Position numbers and translations under genes: made by a program. The notes beneath the pieces are model-generated. The model saw only the letters and a program-made list of their open reading frames with translations, was not told the origin of the DNA and ran no database searches. A DNA stretch of 64,000 nt from positions 333,888 through 397,887 of the forward strand of contig CAYJVR010000001.1 of the NCBI GenBank assembly GCA_964373715.1, read 5' to 3'. Position 1 is the stretch's first letter, and each line of letters opens with the position of its first letter. Shown here in pieces: positions 55,529 to 64,000 of the stretch. This DNA is from an uncultured Planctomycetia bacterium (GTDB lineage Bacteria > Omnitrophota > Gorgyraeia > 1-14-0-20-64-10).

Positions 55529-55635
55529 TGCTCGTTTTACTCGCAGTTGCGTGTTTCGAGTTTCACGTTACGAGTTGCGGGTTTCGAGTTACGGATCTTC
55601 AACTCGCAAACTGGAAAACTCGCCAACCCGAAAAC

Positions 55636-57576
55636 CTATTTCTTGTTATCATCCACCTTAAATTCGGCGTCAATCACGCTGTCATCCTTTTTCCCGTTCT
55701 TGCCGTTGGAGGTTTCTCGCCCCTCGTCCCCCGCCCCGTGCCCCATATCTCCCGTCCCCTGCCCCTCTCCCCCTGTCGCCTGCCCCGTGTTGCCCGCCCC
55801 TTTTGCAGCGGCGGCCTTGTAAACCTCTTCCGCCAGCTTGTGGGAGACGGTGGTCAGCTCCTCCATCGCCTTCTGGATCGCGGCGGTATCGGAACCTTTC
55901 AGCGCAGATTTCAGCGCGTTGAGCTTCTCCTCCACCTGCGTTTTTTCCTCGGCCGAGATTTTGTCCCCGTAATCTTTTAAGGAGCGTTCGGTAGAATAGG
56001 CGAGGGCATCGGCCTTGTTCTTAACCTCCACCTCTCCCCGCCGTTTCTCGTCCTCCTGGGCGAATTTCTCCGCCTCCCGGACCATCTTGTCAATCTCCCC
56101 CTTGTCCAGTTTCTGCGGGGCCGTGATCTTGACCGACTGCTCTTTGCCTGTCCCCCGGTCCTTGGCAGAGACATGGACGATGCCGTTGGCGTCAATGTCG
56201 AAGGTGACCTCCACCTGCGGCACGCCGCGCGCGGCCGGCGGGATGCCGACCAAATCAAAACGGCCGAGTTCGGTGTTGTCGTTTGACATCGCCCGCTCTC
56301 CCTGAAGCACCCGGATCGTCACGGCCGGCTGGTTGTCCTCCGCGGTCGAGAAGACCTGCGATTTCCTCGTCGGAATCGTGGTGTTCCGCTCGATCAGCTT
56401 GGTGAAAACCCCGCCGAGCGTTTCGATGCCCATGGAAAGAGGGGTGACGTCCAGCAGCTGGATGTCCTTGATCTCTCCCTTGAGCGCGGCCGCCTGGATC
56501 GCGGCCCCCATCGCGACGCACTCCATCGGGTCAATGCCGCGGACCACCTTTTTCGGGCCAACGTAATCTTCAACGAACTTCTGAACCATCGGCATCCGGG
56601 TGGGTCCGCCGACCAAGATCACCTTATCCACGCCGTCGGCTTTCAGCTTGGCATCGGAAAGGGCCTGCTCCAGCGGCTTGCGGCACCGTTCGACGATCGG
56701 GTTGATCAGCTCCTCCAGCTTCGCGCGGGTGATCGTCATCGTCAGGTGTTTCGGGCCGGAAGCGTCGGCCGTGATGAACGGCAGGTTGATGTCGGTCTGC
56801 AGCACGTTCGAGAGCTCGATCTTCGCTTTCTCGGCCGCTTCCCTGACCCGCTGATAGGCCATTCTGTCGTTGCGGATGTCGATGCCGGACTCCTTCTTGA
56901 ACTCGCCGGCGATGTGATCAATGATCGCGACATCCATGTCTGTTCCGCCCAACTGGGTATCGCCGTTCGTGGAAAGCACTTCAAACCCGGAGGTCTTCTC
57001 CTCCTTCACGTAGTACATCTCCATGATGGTGACGTCGAGCGTTCCTCCGCCCAGGTCGAACACGAGAATTTTCTGTTCCTGTTCCGCTTTATCGATGCCG
57101 TAGGCGAGGCAGGCCGCTGTGGGCTCGTTGATGATCCTGAGCACCTTCAGGCCGGCGATCTCTCCGGCGTCTTTCGTTGCCTGCCGCTGGTTGTCGTTGA
57201 AATAGGCCGGGACGGTAACGACCGCTTCAACCACCTGGTCATTTAAATAGGCTTCGGCGTCCTGCTTGATCTTCTGCAGGATGAACGCGGAGATCTGCTG
57301 GGGAGTGAACTCCTTGCCGTGGATCTTGTACTCGTGGTTCGTGCCCATCTTCCGTTTCGCCGCGAGGACCGTCCCCTCGGGGTTGATCGCCGCCTGGCGC
57401 CTGGCGGGCTCTCCCACCAGTTTCTGCCCGTCCTTCGTCAGCGCCACAATCGAAGGGAATGCCTTGCCTCCGACCGTCATCCCTTCCGCGGAAGGGATGA
57501 TCACCGGGCGCCCGCCTTCCACCACCGCGGCCGCCGAGTTTGATGTTCCGAGATCAATTCCTATTACCCTTGCCAT
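55636..57576 (-). CDS. dnaK: Chaperone DnaK (Hsp70)
   Basis: 646 aa. [10 protein letters not shown]…, DLGGGTLD and a C-terminal lid. Confidence 0.95.
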   Translation of the reverse strand: MARVIGIDLGTSNSAAAVVEGGRPVIIPSAEGMTVGGKAFPSIVALTKDGQKLVGEPARRQAAINPEGTVLAAKRKMGTNHEYKIHGKEFTPQQISAFILQKIKQDAEAYLNDQVVEAVVTVPAYFNDNQRQATKDAGEIAGLKVLRIINEPTAACLAYGIDKAEQEQKILVFDLGGGTLDVTIMEMYYVKEEKTSGFEVLSTNGDTQLGGTDMDVAIIDHIAGEFKKESGIDIRNDRMAYQRVREAAEKAKIELSNVLQTDINLPFITADASGPKHLTMTITRAKLEELINPIVERCRKPLEQALSDAKLKADGVDKVILVGGPTRMPMVQKFVEDYVGPKKVVRGIDPMECVAMGAAIQAAALKGEIKDIQLLDVTPLSMGIETLGGVFTKLIERNTTIPTRKSQVFSTAEDNQPAVTIRVLQGERAMSNDNTELGRFDLVGIPPAARGVPQVEVTFDIDANGIVHVSAKDRGTGKEQSVKITAPQKLDKGEIDKMVREAEKFAQEDEKRRGEVEVKNKADALAYSTERSLKDYGDKISAEEKTQVEEKLNALKSALKGSDTAAIQKAMEELTTVSHKLAEEVYKAAAAKGAGNTGQATGGEGQGTGDMGHGAGDEGRETSNGKNGKKDDSVIDAEFKVDDNKK

Positions 57577-58155
57577 CTAAACACCCTCCTTAAAAGTTGT
57601 GCCTTCGGATGAATCCCCTCCGCCCTCCGGCTTGACCGCCACCTTCACGACGGCCGGCCTGAGCACGCGCCCGTTCATCAGGTACCCTGTGCGCATTTCA
57701 GCCAGTACGGTTGTCTCAGGCACCGATTCCGTCGCTTCATGGGCAACCGCTTCATGCTGTTCGGGATCAAAAAGTTTCCCGGCCGCTTCGATCCGCGTGA
57801 CGCCGTAAGATTTGAGGAAGCCCTCCAACCTTTTTGAGATCATCTCAACGCCGGCCATGTACACGTTCGCGTCCCTGTTTTCCGGCGCAGCCGACAGGGC
57901 CCTCTCAAAATCATCGTAAATGTCCAACAGCTGGATCAAAACCTCTTTATTCGCTATCTCCTGGAGCTCCGCTTCTTTCTTGAGCCACCGCTTCTTCGCG
58001 TTCTCGAAATCAGCCTGCAAGCGCAGCAGCTGGTTGCGCAGAGAATCGATCTCTTTCTGCTGGACCTCCGCCGGATCCACTTTCGGAGCCTCGGCCGGTT
58101 TCTGTGGTTCCCCTTCGGGCTTCATCTCTTTTTCCTGCTCCGATTCCGTCTGCAT
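57577..58155 (-). CDS. grpE: Nucleotide exchange factor GrpE
   Basis: 192 aa. Acidic N-terminus and coiled coil, then …LLDIYDDFERAL…GYLMNGRVLRPAVVKV. Confidence 0.85.
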   Translation of the reverse strand: MQTESEQEKEMKPEGEPQKPAEAPKVDPAEVQQKEIDSLRNQLLRLQADFENAKKRWLKKEAELQEIANKEVLIQLLDIYDDFERALSAAPENRDANVYMAGVEMISKRLEGFLKSYGVTRIEAAGKLFDPEQHEAVAHEATESVPETTVLAEMRTGYLMNGRVLRPAVVKVAVKPEGGGDSSEGTTFKEGV

Positions 58156-58161
58156 CTGAAT

Positions 58162-59211
58162 CTACTCCCTTTCCTGGAAAGCCCTCGTTACCGCCTGGGC
58201 CATCCGTCCCACCAAAGAGGTGACCTTCGGATAATTCATCCGGGTCGGCCCAAGCACGCCGATCGCCCCTGTGATTCCCCACCGAAAACGGTAAGGGGCG
58301 GCCGCGATGGTGCAGTCCTGCAAAGAGGTCCCCTTGTTCTCAAACCCGATATGGAGCTTCACATCCTCCGCGTTCAGGTCCCTTAAAAGAATCTGCACAA
58401 GCTCCTCCTTGCTTTCCAAAGCGGAGAGGAGGCGCCGGGTCCTCTCGATGTCCCGGAACTCGGGAGCCTGCAGGACGTTGCTCGCCCCCTCCAGTATCAG
58501 CGTGGCGTCCTCATGGAGGAATGGCCCCTGCTGTAGCAGCTCGACCGCGTGCCTCATCTTCTCGGCATCCGCGCCCGAGGCATTCGCTGCAAGCTCATTG
58601 AGGTAGGCCGATACGTTGGCCAGCGGCATCCCGCTGAGCTCCTTATTTAGGAAGGCCTCGAGCCCGCTCACATCCTCGGGCGTCATCGGCCGGTCGGTGG
58701 AGTAGTTCGCGTGCTTGACCATCCCTTCAGCGGTGATCAGCACCGCCACAATCTGCTTCTCCCCGATCGGGATCAGCTTCATGCTCAGGAAAGAGCCCTG
58801 CGCCAGATGGGGCACCAGCGCCACCGCCGCCCCCTGCGTCATTTCGGAAAGGGCGTGCGCCGCCTGCTCGAGCACGTCGAGCGGGTCCTCCGACTTCGCC
58901 CGGCCGAGGTTCTCCACCTGCTCCTCCTCGTCGGGATTCAGCCGCTTCCGCTGCATCAAGATGTCCACGTAATAGCGGTATCCCATGTCGGTCGGCACCC
59001 GCCCGGCGGAGGTGTGGGGATGCGTGATTAATCCCTGTGTCTCCAGCTCCGCCATCACGTTCCGAACGGTGGCTGGTGAGACGTCAAACTCATACTCCTC
59101 GCAAAGGAATTCCGAACCGATCGGAATCCCCTCCTCGGCGTACGAGAGGATGATCGCCTCGAGTATCCTGTGACTCCTTGATTTTGAAGGGTTTATAGCC
59201 ATATTGTCCAT
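58162..59211 (-). CDS. hrcA: Heat-inducible transcription repressor HrcA
   Basis: …RSHRILEAIILSYAEEGIPIGS… wHTH N-terminus. The track ORF starts at a GTG that lies inside the CIRCE operator. The true start is probably the ATG at 59211 or the ATG at 59202. Confidence 0.8.
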   Translation of the reverse strand: MDNMAINPSKSRSHRILEAIILSYAEEGIPIGSEFLCEEYEFDVSPATVRNVMAELETQGLITHPHTSAGRVPTDMGYRYYVDILMQRKRLNPDEEEQVENLGRAKSEDPLDVLEQAAHALSEMTQGAAVALVPHLAQGSFLSMKLIPIGEKQIVAVLITAEGMVKHANYSTDRPMTPEDVSGLEAFLNKELSGMPLANVSAYLNELAANASGADAEKMRHAVELLQQGPFLHEDATLILEGASNVLQAPEFRDIERTRRLLSALESKEELVQILLRDLNAEDVKLHIGFENKGTSLQDCTIAAAPYRFRWGITGAIGVLGPTRMNYPKVTSLVGRMAQAVTRAFQERE

Positions 59212-59213
59212 GC

Positions 59214-59240
59214 CTAGCACTCATCTAAATAGAGTGCTAA
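59214..59240. promoter_or_regulatory. CIRCE operator (HrcA binding site): cTAGCACTC-N9-GAGTGCTAA
   Basis: Read directly: ctagcactc atctaaata gagtgctaa. This matches TTAGCACTC-N9-GAGTGCTAA at 17 of 18 positions and sits immediately 5' of hrcA on the minus strand. Confidence 0.85.
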
Positions 59241-59248
59241 CAACCATA

Positions 59249-59276
59249 AGTCTATCATAGGAATGGGGTTTGTCAA
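59249..59276 (-). promoter_or_regulatory. Sigma70-like promoter (TTGACA-N16-TAGACT) just upstream of CIRCE; candidate PhrcA
   Basis: The minus-strand reading is …cctcTTGACAaaccccattcctatgaTAGACTtatggttgTTAGCACTC…. The -35 is perfect and the -10 matches 4 of 6. Confidence 0.45.
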
Positions 59277-59577
59277 GAGGAAACGCGGATTAAAGGTGTT
59301 AGCGAGTTGCCAGTTTATGGGTTGGCGGGTTAACTGCCAAACCGGCCAACTCCAATGACAGAAAAGAGCCGTCATTGCGAGCCGAGCAAGCGAGGCGCGG
59401 CAATCTCATGCAAAATTAACCCCGGGTTGCCCTGCGAGGAGATTTCTTCGTCGCTGAGGCTTCTCGCAATGACAGCACGGCTGAGATCATCGCAATGACA
59501 TGAGTGTTACCGGTTGACGAATTAGTGGGTTGACGGATTTTAACGGGCAAACCGGCCAACTCGCAAACTCGCGAACT

Positions 59578-60867
59578 TTAAACACGTATTAAACCGGCCT
59601 TCTGGAGCTGGCCGTAAAGCTGGTGCGGGAGCCGGGCTTTCAGGAGAACTCCGTCGGCCGTTTCTTCCCGGGAGAGGACACGGCCTTGGGTGTAGATATG
59701 TTTGAGCCAGCGGCCTTGAGCCGCAGCGACCAGGATTTCGGCGGGGCGCATCCGCGAAGAGAGGATTGCCGAGAGCCGGTCCAACAGGTGAGGGATCCCC
59801 TCCCCCGTCGCGGCCGAGAGGACGACTGCATCCGGATATTTCCGGCGCAGTGCCTCCCGGCTTTCCGCGCTGAGCTTGTCGACCTTGTTCAGAACGAGCA
59901 GCATCTGTTTCTCCTCCGCTTTCAGCATCCGGAGGACCTCGTGGACCGCCTCCTCCTGGCTCGTCATCATCGAATGGGAGGCGTCGAGGACGTGCAGAAG
60001 GAGCTGGCTCTGGGTGACCTCTTCCAGAGTGGCGGCGAACGACTCGACCAAGTGGTGCGGCAGTTTATGGATGAACCCGACCGTGTCGGAGAGAAGCATT
60101 GGCTGATGGTCCGGCAGGACCAGCCGCCTCGCAAGGGGATCGAGCGTCGAGAAGAGCCGGTTTTCCGTGTGGGTGCCGGCCTGCGTGAGGGTGTTCAGCA
60201 GGGTGGATTTACCGGCATTCGTGTAGCCGATAAGCGCCACCATGGGGATATGCTCCTCTTCCCGCTTTTGCCTGGCCACTTGGCGCCGGGCGTGGACCTG
60301 CTTCAGGTCATTCTTCAGGTGGGTGATCCTCTGCCGGATCCGCCGGCGGTCCATCTCCAGCTTCTGTTCGCCGGGGCCTCTCGTGCCGATGCCGCCGCCC
60401 AAGCGGGAGAGCTTCAGCACTCCTTTGCCGCCGAGCCGCGGGACCAGGTATTCGAGCTGGGCCAGCTCCACCTGCACCTTGCCCTCCGTGGAATGGGCCC
60501 GCTGGGCGAAGATGTCGAGAATCAGCTGGGTTCGGTCGATCACCTTCATGCCCAGCAGGTCTTCGAGGTTCTGCTGCTGGCTCGAGGTCAACTCCTCCCC
60601 GAAGAGCACGACGTCGGGCTGAAGTAGATGGCAGGCGTCGTGCAGCTCTAGGATCTTTCCCTTGCCGATCATCGTGCCGGGGATCGGCCGGTCAACCCGG
60701 ACCGAATAATCCCGCAGGATATGGAGGCCCGAGGAACGGATCAGCTCGAGAAATTCGGCCTGGGCATCTTCGATCGGCCACGGGTCCTTGTAAAGGTTCT
60801 TGCTGAAGTAGACGCCGATTGCGACCGCTTTCTCGATCGGATATCCGGTCATGTAGAACTTAGACAT
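59578..60867 (-). CDS. hflX: GTPase HflX
   Basis: 429 aa. HflX N-domain, then G-domain GYTNAGKSTLLN…DTVGF…LNKVD. Confidence 0.85.
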   Translation of the reverse strand: MSKFYMTGYPIEKAVAIGVYFSKNLYKDPWPIEDAQAEFLELIRSSGLHILRDYSVRVDRPIPGTMIGKGKILELHDACHLLQPDVVLFGEELTSSQQQNLEDLLGMKVIDRTQLILDIFAQRAHSTEGKVQVELAQLEYLVPRLGGKGVLKLSRLGGGIGTRGPGEQKLEMDRRRIRQRITHLKNDLKQVHARRQVARQKREEEHIPMVALIGYTNAGKSTLLNTLTQAGTHTENRLFSTLDPLARRLVLPDHQPMLLSDTVGFIHKLPHHLVESFAATLEEVTQSQLLLHVLDASHSMMTSQEEAVHEVLRMLKAEEKQMLLVLNKVDKLSAESREALRRKYPDAVVLSAATGEGIPHLLDRLSAILSSRMRPAEILVAAAQGRWLKHIYTQGRVLSREETADGVLLKARLPHQLYGQLQKAGLIRV

Positions 60868-61789
60868 GGGTGAGGAGCCCCGATTGTTCGGCGACCTGCC
60901 GGGCGATCTGTTCCGGCGAGAACTCGTCGGTCGAAAGCCACCGGACCCGCCCGTCCCGGCGGAACCAGGTCATCTGCCGCTTCGCGTAATGCCGGGTGTT
61001 CCTCTTGATCAGCGAGACCGTCTCCTCCTTGCCCCGCTCCCCGTTCAGGTGGGCGAACAGTTCCTTGTAGCCGAGAGCCTCACCGGCGGTCTTGCTCAAC
61101 GGGCCGGTCCGCAGTCTCTTCGCCTCGTCGAGCCACCCCTGCTCCATCCAGCTGTCCACTCTGGATTCGATCCGGCGGTAGAGGAGTTCCCGATTCCGGA
61201 AAAGGCCGAACAGATTCACAGACCAGCCGCTGTTTAACAGGCCGGAGGTTTCTCCATGCCATGAGGTGATCGGCCGTTTGCTCAACGAATGGACCTCGAG
61301 CGCCCGGACGATCCTCCGGGAATCGTTTGGATGGATCTTTTTGGCGGCGGCCGGATCCACCTTTTTCAGCAGAGCGCGCATGCTCTCCCAGCCCTGCGTT
61401 TCCCCCTGCCGGGTGAGTTTCTGCCTCAGCGCGTCATCCTGGGGAGGGGCCGGGCAGAGCCCGTCGAGCAAAGCTTTCAGGTAGAGGCCGGAACCGGCGA
61501 CAAGCAGCGGGGTCTTGCCACGGGCGGCGATTTCAGCCAGCAGAGGCACAACATCCGACACATAGCGGGCAACGCTGAACTCCTCGGAAGGCTCCGCCAG
61601 GTCAAGCCCGTGGTGCGGAACTTCGGCCCGGGTGGTTCGGTCCGGTTTCCCGGTGCCCAGGTCAATCCCCTTGTAGACCTGCATCGAATCGACGACGACG
61701 ATCTCGACCGGGATCCGGCGGGCGACGGCGAGAGCGACATCGCTTTTTCCGGTCCCGGTGGGACCGACAATCGCCAGCGCCCGGGTCAC
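60860..61789 (-). CDS. miaA: tRNA dimethylallyltransferase
   Basis: 309 aa. P-loop IVGPTGTGKSDVAL. MiaA family. Confidence 0.85.
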   Translation of the reverse strand: MTRALAIVGPTGTGKSDVALAVARRIPVEIVVVDSMQVYKGIDLGTGKPDRTTRAEVPHHGLDLAEPSEEFSVARYVSDVVPLLAEIAARGKTPLLVAGSGLYLKALLDGLCPAPPQDDALRQKLTRQGETQGWESMRALLKKVDPAAAKKIHPNDSRRIVRALEVHSLSKRPITSWHGETSGLLNSGWSVNLFGLFRNRELLYRRIESRVDSWMEQGWLDEAKRLRTGPLSKTAGEALGYKELFAHLNGERGKEETVSLIKRNTRHYAKRQMTWFRRDGRVRWLSTDEFSPEQIARQVAEQSGLLTHV

Positions 61790-61859
61790 CCCACCACCTC
61801 TTTCAAATTCGAAGAATTGGGCTGAAGCGGCGCAATGGCGCGCCTAAGAGGTGGTGGGG

Positions 61860-62591
61860 TCACGGCACCACTTTGCAGGGGAACCCGTCGGCCTTGAGCC
61901 GCTCGGCGAGAGCTTTCGCCTCTTCCTTCTTATCAAACCGGCCGGTCCGCACCCGGTAAAACCGCTTGCCCATGCTGTCGGTTTCGGTGACCGACGTGGG
62001 ATAACCTTTTCTTTCCAGCTCGGTTTTGACCTTCAGCGCGTTAGCCTCCGACGCGAACGCCCCGGCTTGCACCGAAAAGAAATCGTCTTCGGGGGTCTTC
62101 TCAGGGAGGAATTCTCTTCTGGGGGAACGAAGCGGTTCCTCTTTGGGTTCAAGCTCTTCAACGCGGGAACGGACATGGTCGGCCACAGTCCCGCTGGTCA
62201 TTTCAGGCGAGATTTGCCGGTAAAGCTCGAGGGCCCGCTCTTTCTGCCCGGATAAATAGAATGTATCTGCCAGAAGGAGGTTCGCTTCCGGTAGACGGGC
62301 GGACCGGGGATGTTTGGCTGCCAGTTTTTCAAAACTGGATTGGGCCAGGTCAAAATTTCTGGTCTTCAGGGCCGAGGCCCCCTGCAGGTAAAGAAGTTCG
62401 TCCGACCGGGGTTCGATCGGGGATTTCAACAGGCGGCGGGTGCCGGAGAGGACGGAGTCGTACCGCTCCTGCAGGAAGTCGGCCTGCAGTTTCGAAACAT
62501 CATCCGCCCGCGCCGGCCCGACGAAAACCATCAAGGCAAAGAATACAAACAGAAAAACATTTGCGGGTCCTGTCTTGGCAGAGCGACCCTT
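61860..62591 (-). CDS. Secreted/periplasmic TPR-like protein with C-terminal SPOR (peptidoglycan-binding) domain; start codon uncertain
   Basis: The C-terminus …FFSVQAGAFASEANALKVKTELERKGYPTSVTE…RFYRVRTGRFDKKEEAKALAERLKADGF is an SPOR domain. It is preceded by a signal-like VFLFVFFALMVFVGPARA segment. The first ~125 codons of the track ORF are Arg/Pro-rich junk. No ATG, GTG or TTG lies immediately upstream of the signal segment. Confidence 0.5.
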   Translation of the reverse strand, partial: KGRSAKTGPANVFLFVFFALMVFVGPARADDVSKLQADFLQERYDSVLSGTRRLLKSPIEPRSDELLYLQGASALKTRNFDLAQSSFEKLAAKHPRSARLPEANLLLADTFYLSGQKERALELYRQISPEMTSGTVADHVRSRVEELEPKEEPLRSPRREFLPEKTPEDDFFSVQAGAFASEANALKVKTELERKGYPTSVTETDSMGKRFYRVRTGRFDKKEEAKALAERLKADGFPCKVVP

Positions 62592-62952
62592 CGCCGTGCT
62601 CAGACAGTCCTCGACCCTTCTCTGAATGAAGTAAGAAGGGTCTGCGGAACTGCGCGCGGCTGCAGGGTCATCTCCGCCAAGCCACCCGCCCCCAAACCTT
62701 ACTTTCGAAACAAATGCCTGGTATTTGGCAGAACCCCCGGCCTCTCCCCCCACCCCTCGGCTCAAAAATCTTACGATTGTTGCGACCGGCAAGGGTATCG
62801 GCCAGCGCACCGTCAGAAGGCCGAGCGGGCATGGTGTCCGCCAGAGGCGGACGAGCGAGGCCGATGTCGGAGCGAGGAGCCCTCGCAGGGGGCGACGAGT
62901 GGTACGTCGGTTGATGCCCTTGGCGGGAGCTTTTGATTGATTGGTTTGGTTG

Positions 62953-64000
62953 TTAGATTTTTGTTCCGACAAAGCTTTGCCCCCTTATGGAGTCGATACG
63001 GACGCGGACGATCTCCCCCGCTTTCTCCCCGTTCGCCGGGAAGTACGCCTTTCGGTTGATGCGGGATCTGCCCATCCCCGGCTCTTCCACCAGCACTTCC
63101 ACCGTTTCGCCGATCCTCTTCTCCCCTTCTTCGCGGGAGATCCGCTCCTGCAGAGCGATGATCCTTTGGAGCCGGGCATCTTTCACATCCATCGGAACGT
63201 CGTCCTCCCATTTGGAGGCGGCCGCGAACGGTCTCGGCGAATAGTTGAACATGAAGGCTGAGTCAAACCGGGCCTTCTCCATCACCTCCACCGTCTTATC
63301 AAAATCGGCGTCAGTTTCGCCGGGGAAGCCCACAATGATGTCGGTGGTCACGGCGACGCCGGGCACCCGCGTCCTCAACCGGGCCAGCTTCTGCAGGTAG
63401 TCGTCGGCGGTATAGCCGCGGCGCATCCGCCTGAGCACTTCGTCCGACCCGGACTGGACCGGCAGATGGATGTGTTCGCAGACCTTTTCCAGTGAGCTCA
63501 TCGCGTCGAACAGCTCCTCCACCGCGTCCCACGGATGGGAGGTGATGAACCGGATCCGCTCGAGGCCGGGGATAGCGTTCACCTGGGCCAATAACTGCGA
63601 GAAGTTTGTCTTCCGCTCACCCTTCGCCTGGCCGAGCGGGTCTTCATTGAACCTCGTGCCGTAGGAGTTCACGTTCTGCCCCAACAGCATCACCTCTTTG
63701 AACCCCTCTCCGGCAAGTGTCGCCACCTCATCAACGATCTGCTCCGCCGGGCGGCTGACCTCCGGCCCCCGCGTGTATGGAATGATGCAGTAGGAACAGA
63801 CCTTGTCGCACCCTTCCATGATCGTCACGAAGGCGCTGACCGGGTTCGCGTGGTAGGAGATCGTCTTGAACTCAGCCCGCTTCTTCAGCTGGATCGCCAT
63901 GAGCGGTTTCATCGAAGCGGCCGAATCACAGCTTCCCTCTCCGTCGCCTGATGCGCGCCGTTTCTCGTAAACCCCTTCGAGCAGGTCCGGCACCTCATAC
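62953..64000 (-). CDS. miaB: Radical-SAM methylthiotransferase (MiaB family), C-terminal ~345 aa; N-terminus runs off the window
   Basis: …IMEGCDKVCSYCIIPYTRG… radical-SAM CxxxCxxC, a C-terminal TRAM domain, and miaA next door. The frame stays open to the window edge. Confidence 0.75.
   Translation of the reverse strand, partial: YEVPDLLEGVYEKRRASGDGEGSCDSAASMKPLMAIQLKKRAEFKTISYHANPVSAFVTIMEGCDKVCSYCIIPYTRGPEVSRPAEQIVDEVATLAGEGFKEVMLLGQNVNSYGTRFNEDPLGQAKGERKTNFSQLLAQVNAIPGLERIRFITSHPWDAVEELFDAMSSLEKVCEHIHLPVQSGSDEVLRRMRRGYTADDYLQKLARLRTRVPGVAVTTDIIVGFPGETDADFDKTVEVMEKARFDSAFMFNYSPRPFAAASKWEDDVPMDVKDARLQRIIALQERISREEGEKRIGETVEVLVEEPGMGRSRINRKAYFPANGEKAGEIVRVRIDSIRGQSFVGTKI

Noticed and set aside
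61790-61859. GGCGC-aatggc-GCGCC hairpin between the SPOR gene and miaA, as a possible terminator
   Set aside because: The stem is only 5 bp and no U-tract follows on the transcribed strand. It is more likely incidental GC-rich sequence.
1-64000. CRISPR arrays, tRNA, rRNA and prophage or defence-island signatures
   Set aside because: There are no regularly spaced direct repeats, no tRNA-like cloverleaf candidates in the few intergenic gaps, and no integrase, transposase, restriction, Cas or phage structural genes. The window is biosynthetic plus housekeeping.

Overview
This is a 64-kb GC-rich bacterial chromosomal segment. An LptD homologue is present, so the organism is a diderm. Every credible gene (about 60) is on the minus strand. 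The plus-strand ORFs in the track are antisense shadows.

Positions 1 to about 44.8 kb form one densely packed surface-glycan (O-antigen or capsule-type) biosynthesis super-cluster. Many of its genes are joined by 1-4 nt overlaps, which suggests translational coupling. It contains:
- nonulosonic-acid genes of Pse/Leg/Neu type: two NeuB-like synthases, a NeuC-like 2-epimerase, PseB-like and PseG-like enzymes, and a NeuA/PseF-like CMP-transferase;
- a CDP-3,6-dideoxyhexose pathway (ddhA, ddhB, ddhC) without ddhD;
- rmlA, rmlB, rmlD and a small RmlC-like epimerase;
- gmd, ugd plus a UDP-xylose synthase, and a WbpA/WbpP-like pair;
- three DegT-family PLP enzymes (two aminotransferases plus the DdhC dehydrase);
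- at least seven glycosyltransferases (GT2, GT4, GT-C of ArnT/PMT type, KpsS/KpsC-like);
- four methyltransferases, a carbamoyltransferase and a hexapeptide-repeat acetyltransferase;
- a NUDIX hydrolase;
- an ABC exporter whose Wzm and Wzt genes lie 14 kb apart;
- a decayed GT2 paralogue;
- an embedded wHTH-Rossmann regulator with an upstream palindrome.

The right ~19 kb is housekeeping: lptD, a ROK kinase, two GGDEF cyclases, a MalK-like ATPase, accD, a DUF1015 protein, an FmdB zinc-ribbon protein, dnaJ, dnaK, grpE, hrcA, hflX, miaA, a SPOR protein and miaB (partial). A near-consensus CIRCE operator with a sigma70-like promoter sits upstream of hrcA. No tRNA or rRNA gene, CRISPR array, transposase or integrase was recognised. 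All functional calls come from motif recognition by eye in the supplied translations. No database search was run.
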